In this document: piece after piece, positions 39,419 to 50,365 of the stretch | Layout: each line of letters opens with the position of its first letter | Position numbering within the stretch: the stretch's first letter is position 1 | From: Candidatus Cloacimonadales bacterium | GTDB lineage: Bacteria > Cloacimonadota > Cloacimonadia > Cloacimonadales > JAFGVF01 | Assembly (NCBI GenBank): GCA_963662585.1 | Contig: OY759729.1 | Location: 1,536,001 to 1,600,000 of the forward strand | Length of the DNA: 64,000 nucleotides | Direction: 5' to 3' | Notes under the pieces: generated by a model | What the model was told of the DNA's origin: nothing | Databases searched by the model: none | The model's input: only the letters and a program-made list of their open reading frames with translations | Made by a program: the position numbers and the translations under genes

Positions 39419-40107
39419 TACACCTCAAATTTATAGCCAATACTTCTGATATTCTTGATATATTCTCCAACTTCACCTATCTTAGAACGCAAGTTTCTAA
39501 TGTGCACATCAATGGTTCTATCTAAGACAATTTTATCATTTCCCCAAAGGTGGTTAAGGATTTGTTCCCGAGAGAAAACCCAACCAGGATGTGAAGCAAG
39601 TAATTCCAGAATCTTAAATTCAGTAGTAGTTAAAAATACTTTTTCACCACTAATTTTAATTTCAAATTTGCGTTTATCAATATGGAGGATGTTTCCGATA
39701 GTAAGAAAATCTGAGTTAGCATTACTCACTTCAGAACGACGGAGAACTGCTTTAATTCTTGCCACTAATTCCCGTGGAGAGAAAGGTTTTGCTAGGTAAT
39801 CATCTGCTCCAAGCTCTAATCCCAACACCTTATCAAGCTCTTCACCCTTAGCTGTAAGCATTATAATCGGCAGATACTTATATTTTTCAGAACTTCTAAT
39901 AATTTTACAAATCTCTGTTCCCTCTATATCAGGAAGCATAAGATCAAGAATTACTAAATCAGGTGCACTTGTCTTAAGCATTTCTAAGAAGTCAGTGCCC
40001 TTATCAAAAGTCTCTACAGCAAAACTTGCTTTAGTAAGTTGAAGTTCTAACAACTCCAAAATATCATGTTCATCATCAACTACAAAAATAGTTTTTCTAT
40101 TCTCCAT
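39418..40107 (-). CDS. phoB: OmpR-family phosphate response regulator
   Basis: VVDDE, LDLMLP, GADDY, RTIDVHIRNLR; located in the pst cluster. Confidence 0.88.
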   Translation of the reverse strand: MENRKTIFVVDDEHDILELLELQLTKASFAVETFDKGTDFLEMLKTSAPDLVILDLMLPDIEGTEICKIIRSSEKYKYLPIIMLTAKGEELDKVLGLELGADDYLAKPFSPRELVARIKAVLRRSEVSNANSDFLTIGNILHIDKRKFEIKISGEKVFLTTTEFKILELLASHPGWVFSREQILNHLWGNDKIVLDRTIDVHIRNLRSKIGEVGEYIKNIRSIGYKFEV

Positions 40108-40760
40108 TATGACTCCTGAATATGGTGTTTGATTACAGTTCCTTCTACTAAATAAATAGTACTTTCACTGATATTCGTAGCCAAATCAGCTATTCTCTCA
40201 AACTTAGCAGCAATCCTGAGAATATGCAAACTAGGCTCAATATTATTAGTTGTATCTTTTAAAATATTCTTAATATGACTATAAAGTTCTTCATAAAGTT
40301 TATCTACTTCATTATCACGATTACCAATAGTCCTTGAGGTTGCCACATCTTCATCAGTGAAAGCCATGATACTATCTTGTAGCATAGAATAACTCTTTTT
40401 TGCCATTTCATAAAGTTCTTTCATACTAAAAATAAGAGAATCATCTTTCATAGCTTTAAGACTATGTGATATTTTATAAGCTAAATCGCCCAAGCGTTCA
40501 AAATCATTATTCATCTTTATAATCATCAAGACATAGCGTAGGTCTTTAGCCTCAGGTTGATACAAAGCTATTAAAGCTGCACATCTATCATCAATTTCTA
40601 ATTCTAATCTATTTACCTTATCTTCATAATAAGCAACATCTTCAAGAATAGCTACATTCATATCAGCCATGGAACTAATACATAATTCTATCATTTTCTG
40701 AATATAGCCTGCCATATCCATAAGGCTCTTTTTCAAATCAATTATTTTAGGTGTTAACAT
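40107..40760 (-). CDS. phoU: Phosphate signalling protein PhoU
   Basis: QPEAKDLR, ERLGDLA, ERIADLATNI. Confidence 0.95.
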   Translation of the reverse strand: MLTPKIIDLKKSLMDMAGYIQKMIELCISSMADMNVAILEDVAYYEDKVNRLELEIDDRCAALIALYQPEAKDLRYVLMIIKMNNDFERLGDLAYKISHSLKAMKDDSLIFSMKELYEMAKKSYSMLQDSIMAFTDEDVATSRTIGNRDNEVDKLYEELYSHIKNILKDTTNNIEPSLHILRIAAKFERIADLATNISESTIYLVEGTVIKHHIQES

Positions 40761-40786
40761 TATATCTTCTCCTTAGAGTAATTATT

Positions 40787-41545
40787 TTAGCCGAAGACAC
40801 CAGTTAGATAATCTTCTGTTCTTTTATCTTTAGGAACAGTGAAGACTCTCTTTGTTTCGCCAAATTCAATTATATCACCAAGATACATGAATGTAGTATA
40901 ATCTGATATTCTTCCTGCCTGAGCAATATTATGCGTTACTATCAATATAGTAACTTTATCTTTTAAGTCAATACATAATTCTTCAATTTTTGCAGTTGAC
41001 TTTGGATCTAAGGCTGAAGTAGGCTCATCAAGCAATAAAACTTTTGGTTGATTTGCTAAGGCTCGAGCAATACATAGCCTCTGTTGTTGACCTCCAGAGA
41101 GAGATAAAGCTGAAGTGTGAAGTCTATCTTTCACTTCATCCCAGATCCAAGCATCACGCAAACTTTTCTCTACTACTTCATCAAGCACTGATTTCTTCCT
41201 CTCACCCCTAATCTGCAATCCATAAGCCACATTGTTATAGATTGTTTTAGGAAATGGATTTGGTCTTTGAAATACCATTCCGATTTGAGTTCTTACTTCT
41301 GTTACATCTACCTTAGAATCATAGATATTTTTCCCATCTAAGAGTATCTGACCTTCGATTTTACATTCAGGGATTAAATCATTCATTCTATTAAAACTTC
41401 TTAAGAGGGTTGATTTCCCACACCCAGAAGGACCAATCAAAGCTGTTATTTTCTTCTCATAAACTGTAAAATCTAAATCATGAAGCACGAAGTTATCATT
41501 GAACCAGAGCTTCAAATTCTGTGTTTTTATTAATTCTTTTACCAT
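40787..41545 (-). CDS. pstB: Phosphate ABC transporter ATPase
   Basis: [36 protein letters not shown]. Confidence 0.97.
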   Translation of the reverse strand: MVKELIKTQNLKLWFNDNFVLHDLDFTVYEKKITALIGPSGCGKSTLLRSFNRMNDLIPECKIEGQILLDGKNIYDSKVDVTEVRTQIGMVFQRPNPFPKTIYNNVAYGLQIRGERKKSVLDEVVEKSLRDAWIWDEVKDRLHTSALSLSGGQQQRLCIARALANQPKVLLLDEPTSALDPKSTAKIEELCIDLKDKVTILIVTHNIAQAGRISDYTTFMYLGDIIEFGETKRVFTVPKDKRTEDYLTGVFG

Positions 41546-42393
41546 TGTCGTGATTTCCTTATTTTATACCTTATTATTATTGCTGTAGCTGATACTAACA
41601 AGACTAAGAGTAACAATACTACTGCTGTTCCGTAAGCAATCGGAACTTGTTGTTCAGGCTTAGAACCTTCAGTCATTAATGCATAGATATGGTAGGGTAG
41701 AGCCATAACTTCGTGATTAAGTGCTGTTGGTAATTTTCTGGAATAAAAAGTGGCTGCAGTGAACATAATCGGGGCTGTTTCTCCTGCTACTCTGCCGATA
41801 CTAATAATAGCTCCAGTGAGAATATTGGGAAGAGCTGTAGGAACTATTACTCTAAGAATAGTTTGTCTTTCTGTTGCACCTAAGGCTAGCGAAGCTTCTC
41901 TAAAACTTTTAGGAACTCCTCTTATTGCTTCTTCACTCGAGTTAATTATCACAGGAAGAGCTAATATTGCTAAAGTTAAAGCTCCTGATATTAAAGAAAC
42001 TTCCAACTGCATTATTCTAACAAACAAGGTGAGTCCAAACAGACCATAAATTATAGATGGAACTCCCGCTAAAGTATTCACAGCAATTCTTACTATTCTC
42101 ATCAACCAATAAGGTTTTGCTAAGTGTACCATGTATATAGCAGTGAAAACACCTAAAGGAAGAGCTATTAAGATAGAAAGAAGAGTTAGATATAAAGTAC
42201 CTACTAAAGCTGGGAAGATGCCCCCGGTGGTCATTCCTTCTCGTGGTATATCAGTAAGGAAAGTCCAGCTTAATACTCCACCACCTTTAGAGAAGATAAT
42301 GTATAGAAAGGCAATAAGAAAAAAGGCAGTGAATATGACACCTAATCTCAAGAAGCCTATCCCGATATGTTCTTTAAATTTTCTTTTATTCAT
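41539..42393 (-). CDS. pstA: Phosphate ABC transporter permease
   Basis: [32 protein letters not shown]. Confidence 0.95.
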   Translation of the reverse strand: MNKRKFKEHIGIGFLRLGVIFTAFFLIAFLYIIFSKGGGVLSWTFLTDIPREGMTTGGIFPALVGTLYLTLLSILIALPLGVFTAIYMVHLAKPYWLMRIVRIAVNTLAGVPSIIYGLFGLTLFVRIMQLEVSLISGALTLAILALPVIINSSEEAIRGVPKSFREASLALGATERQTILRVIVPTALPNILTGAIISIGRVAGETAPIMFTAATFYSRKLPTALNHEVMALPYHIYALMTEGSKPEQQVPIAYGTAVVLLLLVLLVSATAIIIRYKIRKSRQW

Positions 42394-42405
42394 AATTCTC
42401 CTCCC

Positions 42406-43302
42406 CTATTTAACTTTTTTAAAGAGAAATAATTCTGTGAAAAGATTGGTAGTGAAAGTGATGATAAACAACATAATTGCTAAAGCAAAGAGAGAGTGGA
42501 AATGAATGGAACCAATAACAGTCTCTGCCATCTCAACAGCTATCGATGTGGTAAGAGGTCTAACTGGATCAAAGATAGAGCTAGGAATCTGAGCAGCTCC
42601 ACCTGCGACCATAATAACAACCATAGTCTCACCTATTGCCCGACCAAAACCAAGCACAAAACTACCGATAATACCTGTCTTAGCTGCAGGGATTACGATT
42701 CTAGTGATAGTTTCCCATTTAGTTGCACCAAGACCATAAGAAGCTTCTCTTAGAGCTCTAGGGACATTGGATAAGGCATCTTCTGACATACTAGAGATAA
42801 TAGGAATAATCATAATTCCCAGTACAATACTAGCTGTAAAAATATTTAAGCCTGAATCAATGCCTAAATTTCTGATCAAGAATGGAGCAAGAAAGGCCAT
42901 ACCAAACAGTCCATAAACCACAGAAGGAATACCAGCAAGTAACTCTATCATCGGCTTAACTATTTCTTTTGTCCTACTTCCTGCAACCTCTGAGAGATAA
43001 ACAGCAGAACCCAAGCCAATAGGAACTGCAATTATCAAAGCACCCAATGTTACAGCTAGAGAACCCATTAACAGGGCTAATGCTCCAAAACTTTGGTGTT
43101 CATTAGTGGGATACCAAGCAGAAGAGAAGAGAAATTCTTTTAACGAAACTTCTTGGAAAACAGGTAAGCCCTCCATAAAAAGGGTTAAAATAATTCCAAA
43201 TAAAGCTAGAATAGAGAATATCGCTGCGAAATAGGTTATACTTTTAAAAAGAATCTCTTTAAAACTTTTCATATATTTCCTTTTTAGGTTAGTAGTATCC
43301 AA
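42406..43302 (-). CDS. pstC: Phosphate ABC transporter permease
   Basis: ELLAGIPSVVYG, GRAIGETMVV; true start may be the downstream ATG (MKSFKE). Confidence 0.94.
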   Translation of the reverse strand: MDTTNLKRKYMKSFKEILFKSITYFAAIFSILALFGIILTLFMEGLPVFQEVSLKEFLFSSAWYPTNEHQSFGALALLMGSLAVTLGALIIAVPIGLGSAVYLSEVAGSRTKEIVKPMIELLAGIPSVVYGLFGMAFLAPFLIRNLGIDSGLNIFTASIVLGIMIIPIISSMSEDALSNVPRALREASYGLGATKWETITRIVIPAAKTGIIGSFVLGFGRAIGETMVVIMVAGGAAQIPSSIFDPVRPLTTSIAVEMAETVIGSIHFHSLFALAIMLFIITFTTNLFTELFLFKKVK

Positions 43303-43363
43303 AAATCATCATTTCCTAGTTAGCTAGGCAACTTTATTAATACCCTAACATAAATTTTAAAGC

Positions 43364-43396
43364 GAAACCCGAGTGAAGATCATAAACCCGGGTTTC
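43364..43396 (-). terminator. Intercistronic hairpin after pstS (mRNA stabiliser or partial terminator)
   Basis: GAAACCCG...CGGGTTTC inverted repeat with GCTTTT downstream on the minus strand. Confidence 0.6.
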
Positions 43397-43425
43397 ATTG
43401 TTACTTCTATTTTATCATTTGTGGA

Positions 43426-44274
43426 TTAGTTGACTTTGATAAATCCTTGTTTTTCAACAATATTCTGTCCTTCAGGAGAAAGAATGAAATCTATAAATGA
43501 CTTTGTAATACCCTTAGGAGCACCATTAGTGTACATGTTCAACTTACGAGCAACAGGATAAGCTCCTGATAAGATATTTTTAAAAGTTGGATCAACACCA
43601 TTTACTTGGATAGGATGCACTGCTGAAGAAAGATAACCTAAACCAGCATAAGCAATTGCACCAGGAGTGTCTTTTACAGAAGTAACAGCTGCATTATTAG
43701 AAGCAACCATAATACAGTTCTGAACTATATTCTGTTTCTTCATTGCGATTTCATAAAAAACTTCATAAGTTCCTGATGATGTATCTCTAGAAATAATAAC
43801 GATATTCATATCAGGTCCACCTAGTTCTTTCCAATTAGTTACTTTACCTGTATAGATCGCTTGAATCTGCTCAAGAGTTAAGTTCGTGATTGTGTTTTGT
43901 GGATTTACTATTACTGCGATTCCATCATTAGCAACGATATTTTGATATAATTCAATACCACTCTCTTTTGCTTTATTGATTTCTTTCTCTTTTGCATCAC
44001 GAGAAGCATTTCCGATCTCTACTGTTCCTGCCATGATATCTTTGATACCAATAGATGAACCGCCACCTCTTACAGAAATATTAACATTTGGATTTTGATT
44101 CATAAACTCTTCAGCACAAGCTTGAGCAATCGGCAAAACAGTTGTTGAACCTGACATTGTTAATTTACCTGTTAGACCTGAATCCTTCTTTATATCTGTT
44201 TTGCTATTACAGCCTACAAACATAGTTATCGTTGCCACTGCTACCAAGGAAATAATTACTTTTGATAATTTCAT
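43426..44274 (-). CDS. pstS: Phosphate-binding lipoprotein
   Basis: Lipobox FVGC; SGSTTV, GGGSSIG, SRDTSSGT. Confidence 0.95.
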   Translation of the reverse strand: MKLSKVIISLVAVATITMFVGCNSKTDIKKDSGLTGKLTMSGSTTVLPIAQACAEEFMNQNPNVNISVRGGGSSIGIKDIMAGTVEIGNASRDAKEKEINKAKESGIELYQNIVANDGIAVIVNPQNTITNLTLEQIQAIYTGKVTNWKELGGPDMNIVIISRDTSSGTYEVFYEIAMKKQNIVQNCIMVASNNAAVTSVKDTPGAIAYAGLGYLSSAVHPIQVNGVDPTFKNILSGAYPVARKLNMYTNGAPKGITKSFIDFILSPEGQNIVEKQGFIKVN

Positions 44275-44300
44275 TTATACTCCTAATTTATCTGTAGATA

Positions 44301-45350
44301 CTAGTTAAAAAGATTAGAGAAGCTCCAGCGTAATTGAAGCATGAGTTGAGAGATATCTTCATCCTCTTCATCTTCATGAGAAGTGATTTGGTAGTTTGCT
44401 TGAACTTGAACATTCTTTTGAAGATAGTAGTTAGCACCAAAAAGCATAAGATTCTTTCCATCATCATCAGTGTCAGTATCAGGGTCATACATGTCGTAAC
44501 GACCTACTAGTTCCATGTTGACTCCTGTAACATCTTTTAAATCATACATTCCAAGCACTGATATAACTTGAGAAGATACTGCATCAGAATCATCTACATT
44601 ATCAAGTTCTACATTTTTTCCTAAGAATTGCCCTAAAAGAGTAAGTCCCTTCATGTTGATTTTCCCCATTCCAGCAAAAGAAGTAATTGCTTGATGATCA
44701 GGATTTTCTTCACCCATATCATCATTAGGATTATTCTTACTATTCATAGAAAATGAAGCACCAAGTTCTAGCATATCTACAGGTTTGATTCTAACATTTG
44801 CTAAGTAAGCATATTCTGTATTAACATTTCCACCATTCTTCTTATAACCTTCGCCATTATAAATACCAAGGTTATAGCTCATTTTAGCAGCTGGAACTTG
44901 GCCTGAGAAAACAATACCATAGTCTGTACTAGAAGCAAATTTCCATAAATCTGAAGGATCTTTTTCAATTGTTTCATATTTCCAACTATAGATTGTAGCA
45001 AAATAGTTCTTAGTTAAACCAACAGATAAAGTTGTTTTAGGAAGAGGAATAATGTTTTTGAAATCTAAGTAAGCATATTTCATTTTGAGTCCAGCACCAT
45101 TAGTATCATCATCTGAAGAGAAGAAATCTAAAGTAAATCTACCACTGATATTGTCTGATAACTTTGGTTTTATTGAGAAATATCCTCTTTCAAGAGAGAA
45201 AGAAGTTGTTGGGTCAGCTTCACTTCCATCATCAGTTAAGCTCATACGATTCCATAGTTCCATTTCAAACTTAGTTTCTGTTGCACTAAGAATGTAAGGT
45301 ACAGTTACGATTAACAACAATAAAATGAAAAACTTTCTGGATAAATTCAT
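44301..45350 (-). CDS. Outer-membrane beta-barrel, probable phosphate-selective porin
   Basis: Signal peptide, alternating beta strands, KYAYLD, YNGEG, GRYD, aromatic C-terminus; first gene of the pst cluster; ATG 45350 follows GGAG. Confidence 0.75.
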   Translation of the reverse strand: MNLSRKFFILLLLIVTVPYILSATETKFEMELWNRMSLTDDGSEADPTTSFSLERGYFSIKPKLSDNISGRFTLDFFSSDDDTNGAGLKMKYAYLDFKNIIPLPKTTLSVGLTKNYFATIYSWKYETIEKDPSDLWKFASSTDYGIVFSGQVPAAKMSYNLGIYNGEGYKKNGGNVNTEYAYLANVRIKPVDMLELGASFSMNSKNNPNDDMGEENPDHQAITSFAGMGKINMKGLTLLGQFLGKNVELDNVDDSDAVSSQVISVLGMYDLKDVTGVNMELVGRYDMYDPDTDTDDDGKNLMLFGANYYLQKNVQVQANYQITSHEDEEDEDISQLMLQLRWSFSNLFN

Positions 45351-45382
45351 GTTATACTCCATATTTTTTTTAGTTTCACTTG

Positions 45383-45436
45383 TTTATACGATTCTTCTGT
45401 TAAAGGAATATAAGGAGATTGTTAAGAATTGGTTAA
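45383..45436 (-). promoter_or_regulatory. Pho box array and -10 element
   Basis: TTAACC-N5-TTAACA-N5-CTTATA-N5-TTAACA (11-bp period), then TATAAA. Confidence 0.75.
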
Positions 45437-45542
45437 TTTAGCAGAAATGAAGTAAAAAAATAGAGAAAATTGAAATTAGTAGAATAACTTAAAGGTAATT
45501 AGACTCCACTTAGGGAATAATTATAAGAAAGTTGAAATTAAC

Positions 45543-46286
45543 TTAAAGAAATTTATTCTTCACAAAATCATCAAAAGATTCTTTATATTTTTCACTTATG
45601 GGGATTAGTTTGTTGCCAAATATAATACGATATCGCTCAATAGCAATAATATTTTCTAAATTAACAATATAAGATCTATGCGTCCTCATAAACCTATCTG
45701 CCGGTAATTTCTCTTCTACAGCTTTTAGGGTAGCATGAAAGACAATTGGTGTTTTAGAATTCTTGACATATAATTTAATATAGTCCTTAAGTCCTTCAAA
45801 ATAGAGAATATTTTTATAATCAAAGCGTCTTAATTGAGAATCAGCCTTTATAAAGAAATATTCATTATTTGTATTAACTGCTGAATCTTTTGAGCGTTCT
45901 TCACTATTATTCAATAAATCAAAATATTGTTTTGCTCTATTAGCAGATTTTAGAAACACTTCATAACTAATAGGTTTAAGAAGATAATCAAGAGCTTCAA
46001 CTTTAAAGCCATCCAAGGCAAATTTTTCATAGGCGGTAGTAAAGATTACTTTATATTTATGGTCTAGAACTTTGGCAAAATTAATCCCAGTAAAATCAGG
46101 CATTTGAATATCCAGAAATAGTAATTGTACTGGATTATCCTCAATAAATTCCATGGCATCTATAGGATTATCAAATTGACCTAGAAGTTCAAGAAAAGGT
46201 GTTTTTTTAATATAGCCAGCAATTAATCCTAAAGCTAAAGGCTCATCATCTATAGCGATACACGATATTTTTGTTGTTTTAGTCAT
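45543..46286 (-). CDS. LytTR-family response regulator
   Basis: IDDEPLA, FLDIQMP, DYLLKP, FMRTHRSYIVN. Confidence 0.95.
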   Translation of the reverse strand: MTKTTKISCIAIDDEPLALGLIAGYIKKTPFLELLGQFDNPIDAMEFIEDNPVQLLFLDIQMPDFTGINFAKVLDHKYKVIFTTAYEKFALDGFKVEALDYLLKPISYEVFLKSANRAKQYFDLLNNSEERSKDSAVNTNNEYFFIKADSQLRRFDYKNILYFEGLKDYIKLYVKNSKTPIVFHATLKAVEEKLPADRFMRTHRSYIVNLENIIAIERYRIIFGNKLIPISEKYKESFDDFVKNKFL

Positions 46287-47365
46287 TATATAACCTCGAT
46301 TGGGATAATAAGTTCAACAGTAAAGATATTTTCCCTATTTTTAAGTGTTAACTGAGCTTGTTCACCATAAAGAAGTTCTAATCTTTTGGTTATGTTCTTT
46401 ATTCCAACTCCACCAGGTTGTTTAGATTGAGTTTCATTAGTATCTGGAATACTGTTATTACAGTGGAAGACTACTTTCTCTTCACTGACTTGTAAGCTGA
46501 TATCGATAAATGATTTTTCTCTATAACTTACTCCATGTTTAAAAGCATTCTCGATAAAGGCAATAAAGAGAAGAGGAGCCACTTCCACATTAGGGACATC
46601 CTCAGTAATATCCACGCTAAGTTCTACTTTGGATGTTAAGCGTTGCCTCATCAAGTCAATATAGTGTCTTGAAAAATCAAACTCCTTTTTCAGTGGTACT
46701 TTTTTACTTTCAGATTCATAAATTAGGTAACGCATTAAGCCGGATAGAGTTTCTATAGACTTCTGTGCCTGAGCCCCATCAATCTCAATCAAGGCATAGA
46801 TATTGTTTAAAGAGTTAAAAAAGAAATGAGGATTTATCTGATTTTTTAGGAAAGCTAATTCATTTTCAACATTAGCTTTTTCCAAGTTTTGTTGTTTTTG
46901 GGCATCCTTGCGTAATTTCTGTACAATGCTCATCCCGGTACTAAAGCCAAATATAAGAATCAGAAAGAAAGTATCATCAAGAATTCTGGGATGTAGCCCT
47001 AAAAAATTAGTTCTTTTATTTTCATCTTGGGAAAGCTCAGTTTCATTTCTAGCCCTAACAGGAGGTTTAAAAATTTCTATCTTCTTAGATGCAAATTGAG
47101 ATATGGTTAGTAAGCCAAGAGTAAAGATAAATAGAGTTAGAAAGAACCTAATTCGCTTTTTTGAAAAGAAGAACTTTGGAACGATAAAGAAATAATTTCC
47201 ATAAAAGGCAATAATAAAAAAGAACAATTGATAGTAGAATCTATAAGTCCAAAGTTTAATCTTTATATCAGTTGCATCGAATATAAACATTGGTATCATG
47301 GCTATAAAAAACAATCCTATGGCGTGAGGAATAAGCGACAAAATTCTTTCTCTATTTAGTTTCAT
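46286..47365 (-). CDS. LytS-type sensor histidine kinase
   Basis: 4 TM; LKNQINPHFFFNSLNNIY, ENAFKHG, GVGIKN. Confidence 0.94.
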   Translation of the reverse strand: MKLNRERILSLIPHAIGLFFIAMIPMFIFDATDIKIKLWTYRFYYQLFFFIIAFYGNYFFIVPKFFFSKKRIRFFLTLFIFTLGLLTISQFASKKIEIFKPPVRARNETELSQDENKRTNFLGLHPRILDDTFFLILIFGFSTGMSIVQKLRKDAQKQQNLEKANVENELAFLKNQINPHFFFNSLNNIYALIEIDGAQAQKSIETLSGLMRYLIYESESKKVPLKKEFDFSRHYIDLMRQRLTSKVELSVDITEDVPNVEVAPLLFIAFIENAFKHGVSYREKSFIDISLQVSEEKVVFHCNNSIPDTNETQSKQPGGVGIKNITKRLELLYGEQAQLTLKNRENIFTVELIIPIEVI

Positions 47366-47437
47366 AATTACCTCTATTACAGTTCAAACTAATTATATTA
47401 TTCAAAAACTACAATTATATTTCTAAGTCAAGATAAA

Positions 47438-48655
47438 CTATTCATGTCTTAAAGCTTCAATAGGATTAAGTGCTGAAGCTTTCCGAGCAGGGTACCAGCC
47501 GAAGAATACACCAATAAAAGTACAGAACAAGAAGGAAAGGAGTATTGAGTTTGTTGTTACTAGCACAGGCCATCCTAAGACATGTTCGACAATAACAGAT
47601 GCTAATATTCCAACTAATATTCCTATGATACCACCAAGAACACTTAGCAATAAAGCTTCAAACAAGAATTGTTTCAAGACATCTCTGCTTTTGCCACCAA
47701 GAGCCATTCTTAGACCAATTTCTCGTGTTCTTTCTGTAACCGACATATACATAACATTCATAATGCCGATACCACCAACAACTAAGGATATTGCAGCAAT
47801 AGAACCTAAGAGAACCAACATCATTTCCGAAACAGAAGAAAAGTTACTAATTAATTCCTCTTGGGTTTTGATTTCAAAATCATCTTCTTCTGAATCTTTT
47901 AATTTATGTGAAAGTCGTAATAGCTTGGTTACTTCTGCAGTTGTTATATCTATAGAATCTTCTGATTTAGCTGATAATACTACTGCTCTTAGATAGGTTT
48001 GTCTATAGATCCTTTTCATTACAGTTGTATAAGGAGCAAGCATCATATCATCTTGATCTTGACCAAATGTATTATCTCCCTTTTCAGTGAGAGTACCAAT
48101 TACAGTAAAAGGTATTTTCTCGAATCTAATAACTTTTCCAATAGGGTCTTCATCACCAAAAATATTATCGATAATAGTTTGTCCGATTAAACAGACTTTT
48201 GCTGCAGTTTTTATCTCTTTGCTTGTAAAAACTCTACCTGAGGCTACTTCATACTTTTTTATGTGGAGATAATCTTCATTTCCACTGTAGATCCTAGTTG
48301 GCCAGTTGTTAGAGCCATAAACAACTTGCCCACTTCCATCTAGCTCAGGAGAAATAGCATCTATTAATTTACTGTTATTTTGTAAATAAGTAACATCTTT
48401 AACTTTAAGTGTTTGAGTAGCCGAGCTACTTCTCCTCACACCACTGGAATTAGGACTAACTGGCCTAACATTTATTAAGTTAGTTCCCATCGAAGAGATA
48501 GTTTCCCTAATACTATTATTTGAACCATAGCCAATAGCAAGCATGGCAATTACGGCAGCTACACCTATTACTATACCAAGAATTGTTAAGAATGATCGCA
48601 TTTTATTTCGTGTTATTGCAATAATTGCAATTTTAATTATGTTCATAAATTTCAT
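47438..48655 (-). CDS. MacB-family ABC permease
   Basis: RSFLTILGIVIGVAAV, GGIGIMNVM..SVTERTREIG, PIEALRHE. Confidence 0.94.
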   Translation of the reverse strand: MKFMNIIKIAIIAITRNKMRSFLTILGIVIGVAAVIAMLAIGYGSNNSIRETISSMGTNLINVRPVSPNSSGVRRSSSATQTLKVKDVTYLQNNSKLIDAISPELDGSGQVVYGSNNWPTRIYSGNEDYLHIKKYEVASGRVFTSKEIKTAAKVCLIGQTIIDNIFGDEDPIGKVIRFEKIPFTVIGTLTEKGDNTFGQDQDDMMLAPYTTVMKRIYRQTYLRAVVLSAKSEDSIDITTAEVTKLLRLSHKLKDSEEDDFEIKTQEELISNFSSVSEMMLVLLGSIAAISLVVGGIGIMNVMYMSVTERTREIGLRMALGGKSRDVLKQFLFEALLLSVLGGIIGILVGILASVIVEHVLGWPVLVTTNSILLSFLFCTFIGVFFGWYPARKASALNPIEALRHE

Positions 48656-48668
48656 TTTATAATCCTAT

Positions 48669-49421
48669 TTAGTGATTAGATTTATCTTCAGTTGTTTTAG
48701 CTAGAGAATCTACGATATTTTGGGAATTAGGGTTACTTCTATCTTCAACTATTCTTCCATCTTGAATAACTATAGAATGTTTAGTAAAGGCCGCTATATC
48801 TGGTTCATGAGTTACAAAACAAATGGTCATTCCCTTATTATTCAACTCTTGAAAAAGTGCCATAATTTCGTAAGAAGTGCGAGTGTCAAGATTACCAGTA
48901 GCTTCATCAGCAAAAATCACCACAGGATTACTTACCACTGAGCGAGCAATTGCCACCCTTTGTTGTTGACCTCCAGACATCTGACTAGATAAGTGCTTCA
49001 TTCTATCTTTTAATCCAACCGAGATAAGAGCTTCTTCCGCCCTCTCTCTTCTTTCTGCATTACTCACTAAGCGATTATAAAGTAGAGGTAATTCTACATT
49101 CTCTAGAGCTGTTGTCCGTGGAAGAAGATTATAAGACTGAAAGACAAAACCCAACTTTTGATTTCTTATATCTGCTAATTTATTCTTATTAAGGGTCTTG
49201 ACATTCACTCCATCAAGAATATAATCCCCTGAAGATGGTAAGTCTAGACAACCCAATATGTTTAGTAAAGTTGATTTACCAGAACCACTTGACCCCATAA
49301 TTGCTACGAAATCACCTTTAGGAACTGATAAGTTTATTCCGTCCAAAGCTCTTATTTTTTGGTCTCCGACAATATAGTTTTTGTGCATATCTATTATTTT
49401 TATGATTTCTTGATTATTCAT
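48669..49421 (-). CDS. MacB/LolD-type ABC ATPase
   Basis: GSSGSGKST, MSGGQQQRVAIAR, ADEATGNLD. Confidence 0.95.
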   Translation of the reverse strand: MNNQEIIKIIDMHKNYIVGDQKIRALDGINLSVPKGDFVAIMGSSGSGKSTLLNILGCLDLPSSGDYILDGVNVKTLNKNKLADIRNQKLGFVFQSYNLLPRTTALENVELPLLYNRLVSNAERRERAEEALISVGLKDRMKHLSSQMSGGQQQRVAIARSVVSNPVVIFADEATGNLDTRTSYEIMALFQELNNKGMTICFVTHEPDIAAFTKHSIVIQDGRIVEDRSNPNSQNIVDSLAKTTEDKSNH

Positions 49422-50334
49422 CTTCTTCCCTTTTTAGGGTTCTTGAAGATTTAATATAATCTACTTTCTTTTGAGTTCTCTCATAAAGATATTGTAGGGT
49501 ACATTCTTCAATTGTGATATCCTTTATAGCCTTCAATAAATCTTCTCGATAAACCTTTTCTGTTGAAAAGACAGGCTTTTCAGAAAGAGCGTACAAAGTC
49601 ACATTATATAGTTTTGGTCCAGGTCCTTTAGACTTCATAGGATCATAACCGTTTGTATCTTTATCATTATAACCCTGAACACCAATATTCTGAACATTTT
49701 TAGGAAGTGAAGTTATATTAACGGGAATATCATAAACAACCCAGTATGATTTTACTTCTGATTTATCACTAGGGTTAGGAAGATGCCATAGATTTAAAGC
49801 AAAATACTTAGTTCCTTTTGGAATATTTGTCCATTCTAATGGCATTGAGATACCTTGCCCATCACCAGTGAATTCTGAGTCTAAAAAGTTATCTTCATTA
49901 ACAGCAGAACTACTCATCCGAAATACATTTATCTTCGGTTTAGCTATCTCAATTGGAGTTGCTTTTTGCCTAGTATTCTGTCCTTTCCCTTGGATATTTT
50001 CCTTATTCCCCATATTTTCCTTATTTCTCTCAGGTGGAGGAGCTAATTCTCTAAGTTTTTTAGTATCAAAACCTGCGTCTTCAATTACTTTATCAACTTG
50101 AGGACCTAAATTTATTCCTTCTTCACGAATTTCCTTAAAAATTGCTTTAGCATCGTCAGCTGTAAGGCTTTTTTTGTCATATTTTACTAAGATAGCTTTT
50201 ACAACTTTTACTTGATAAGCAGTTAATTTTTCATCTGTTCTTTCTGGACGATTTCTTCTATTTGGTTGAGCTGTAAGTAACTGAGGGGTAAGGGTAATAC
50301 CTAGTACTATGAGTAACATTATTATCTTTTTCAT
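49414..50334 (-). CDS. Exported YbhB/YbcL (PEBP) family protein with extra N-terminal helical domain
   Basis: Signal peptide; DGQGISMPLEW..P.GTK.FAL, YWVVYDIP, Y.VTLYAL. Confidence 0.78.
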   Translation of the reverse strand: MKKIIMLLIVLGITLTPQLLTAQPNRRNRPERTDEKLTAYQVKVVKAILVKYDKKSLTADDAKAIFKEIREEGINLGPQVDKVIEDAGFDTKKLRELAPPPERNKENMGNKENIQGKGQNTRQKATPIEIAKPKINVFRMSSSAVNEDNFLDSEFTGDGQGISMPLEWTNIPKGTKYFALNLWHLPNPSDKSEVKSYWVVYDIPVNITSLPKNVQNIGVQGYNDKDTNGYDPMKSKGPGPKLYNVTLYALSEKPVFSTEKVYREDLLKAIKDITIEECTLQYLYERTQKKVDYIKSSRTLKREEDE

Positions 50335-50365
50335 TTTAATTCTCCTTTAATTTTATTAGTTGTTT

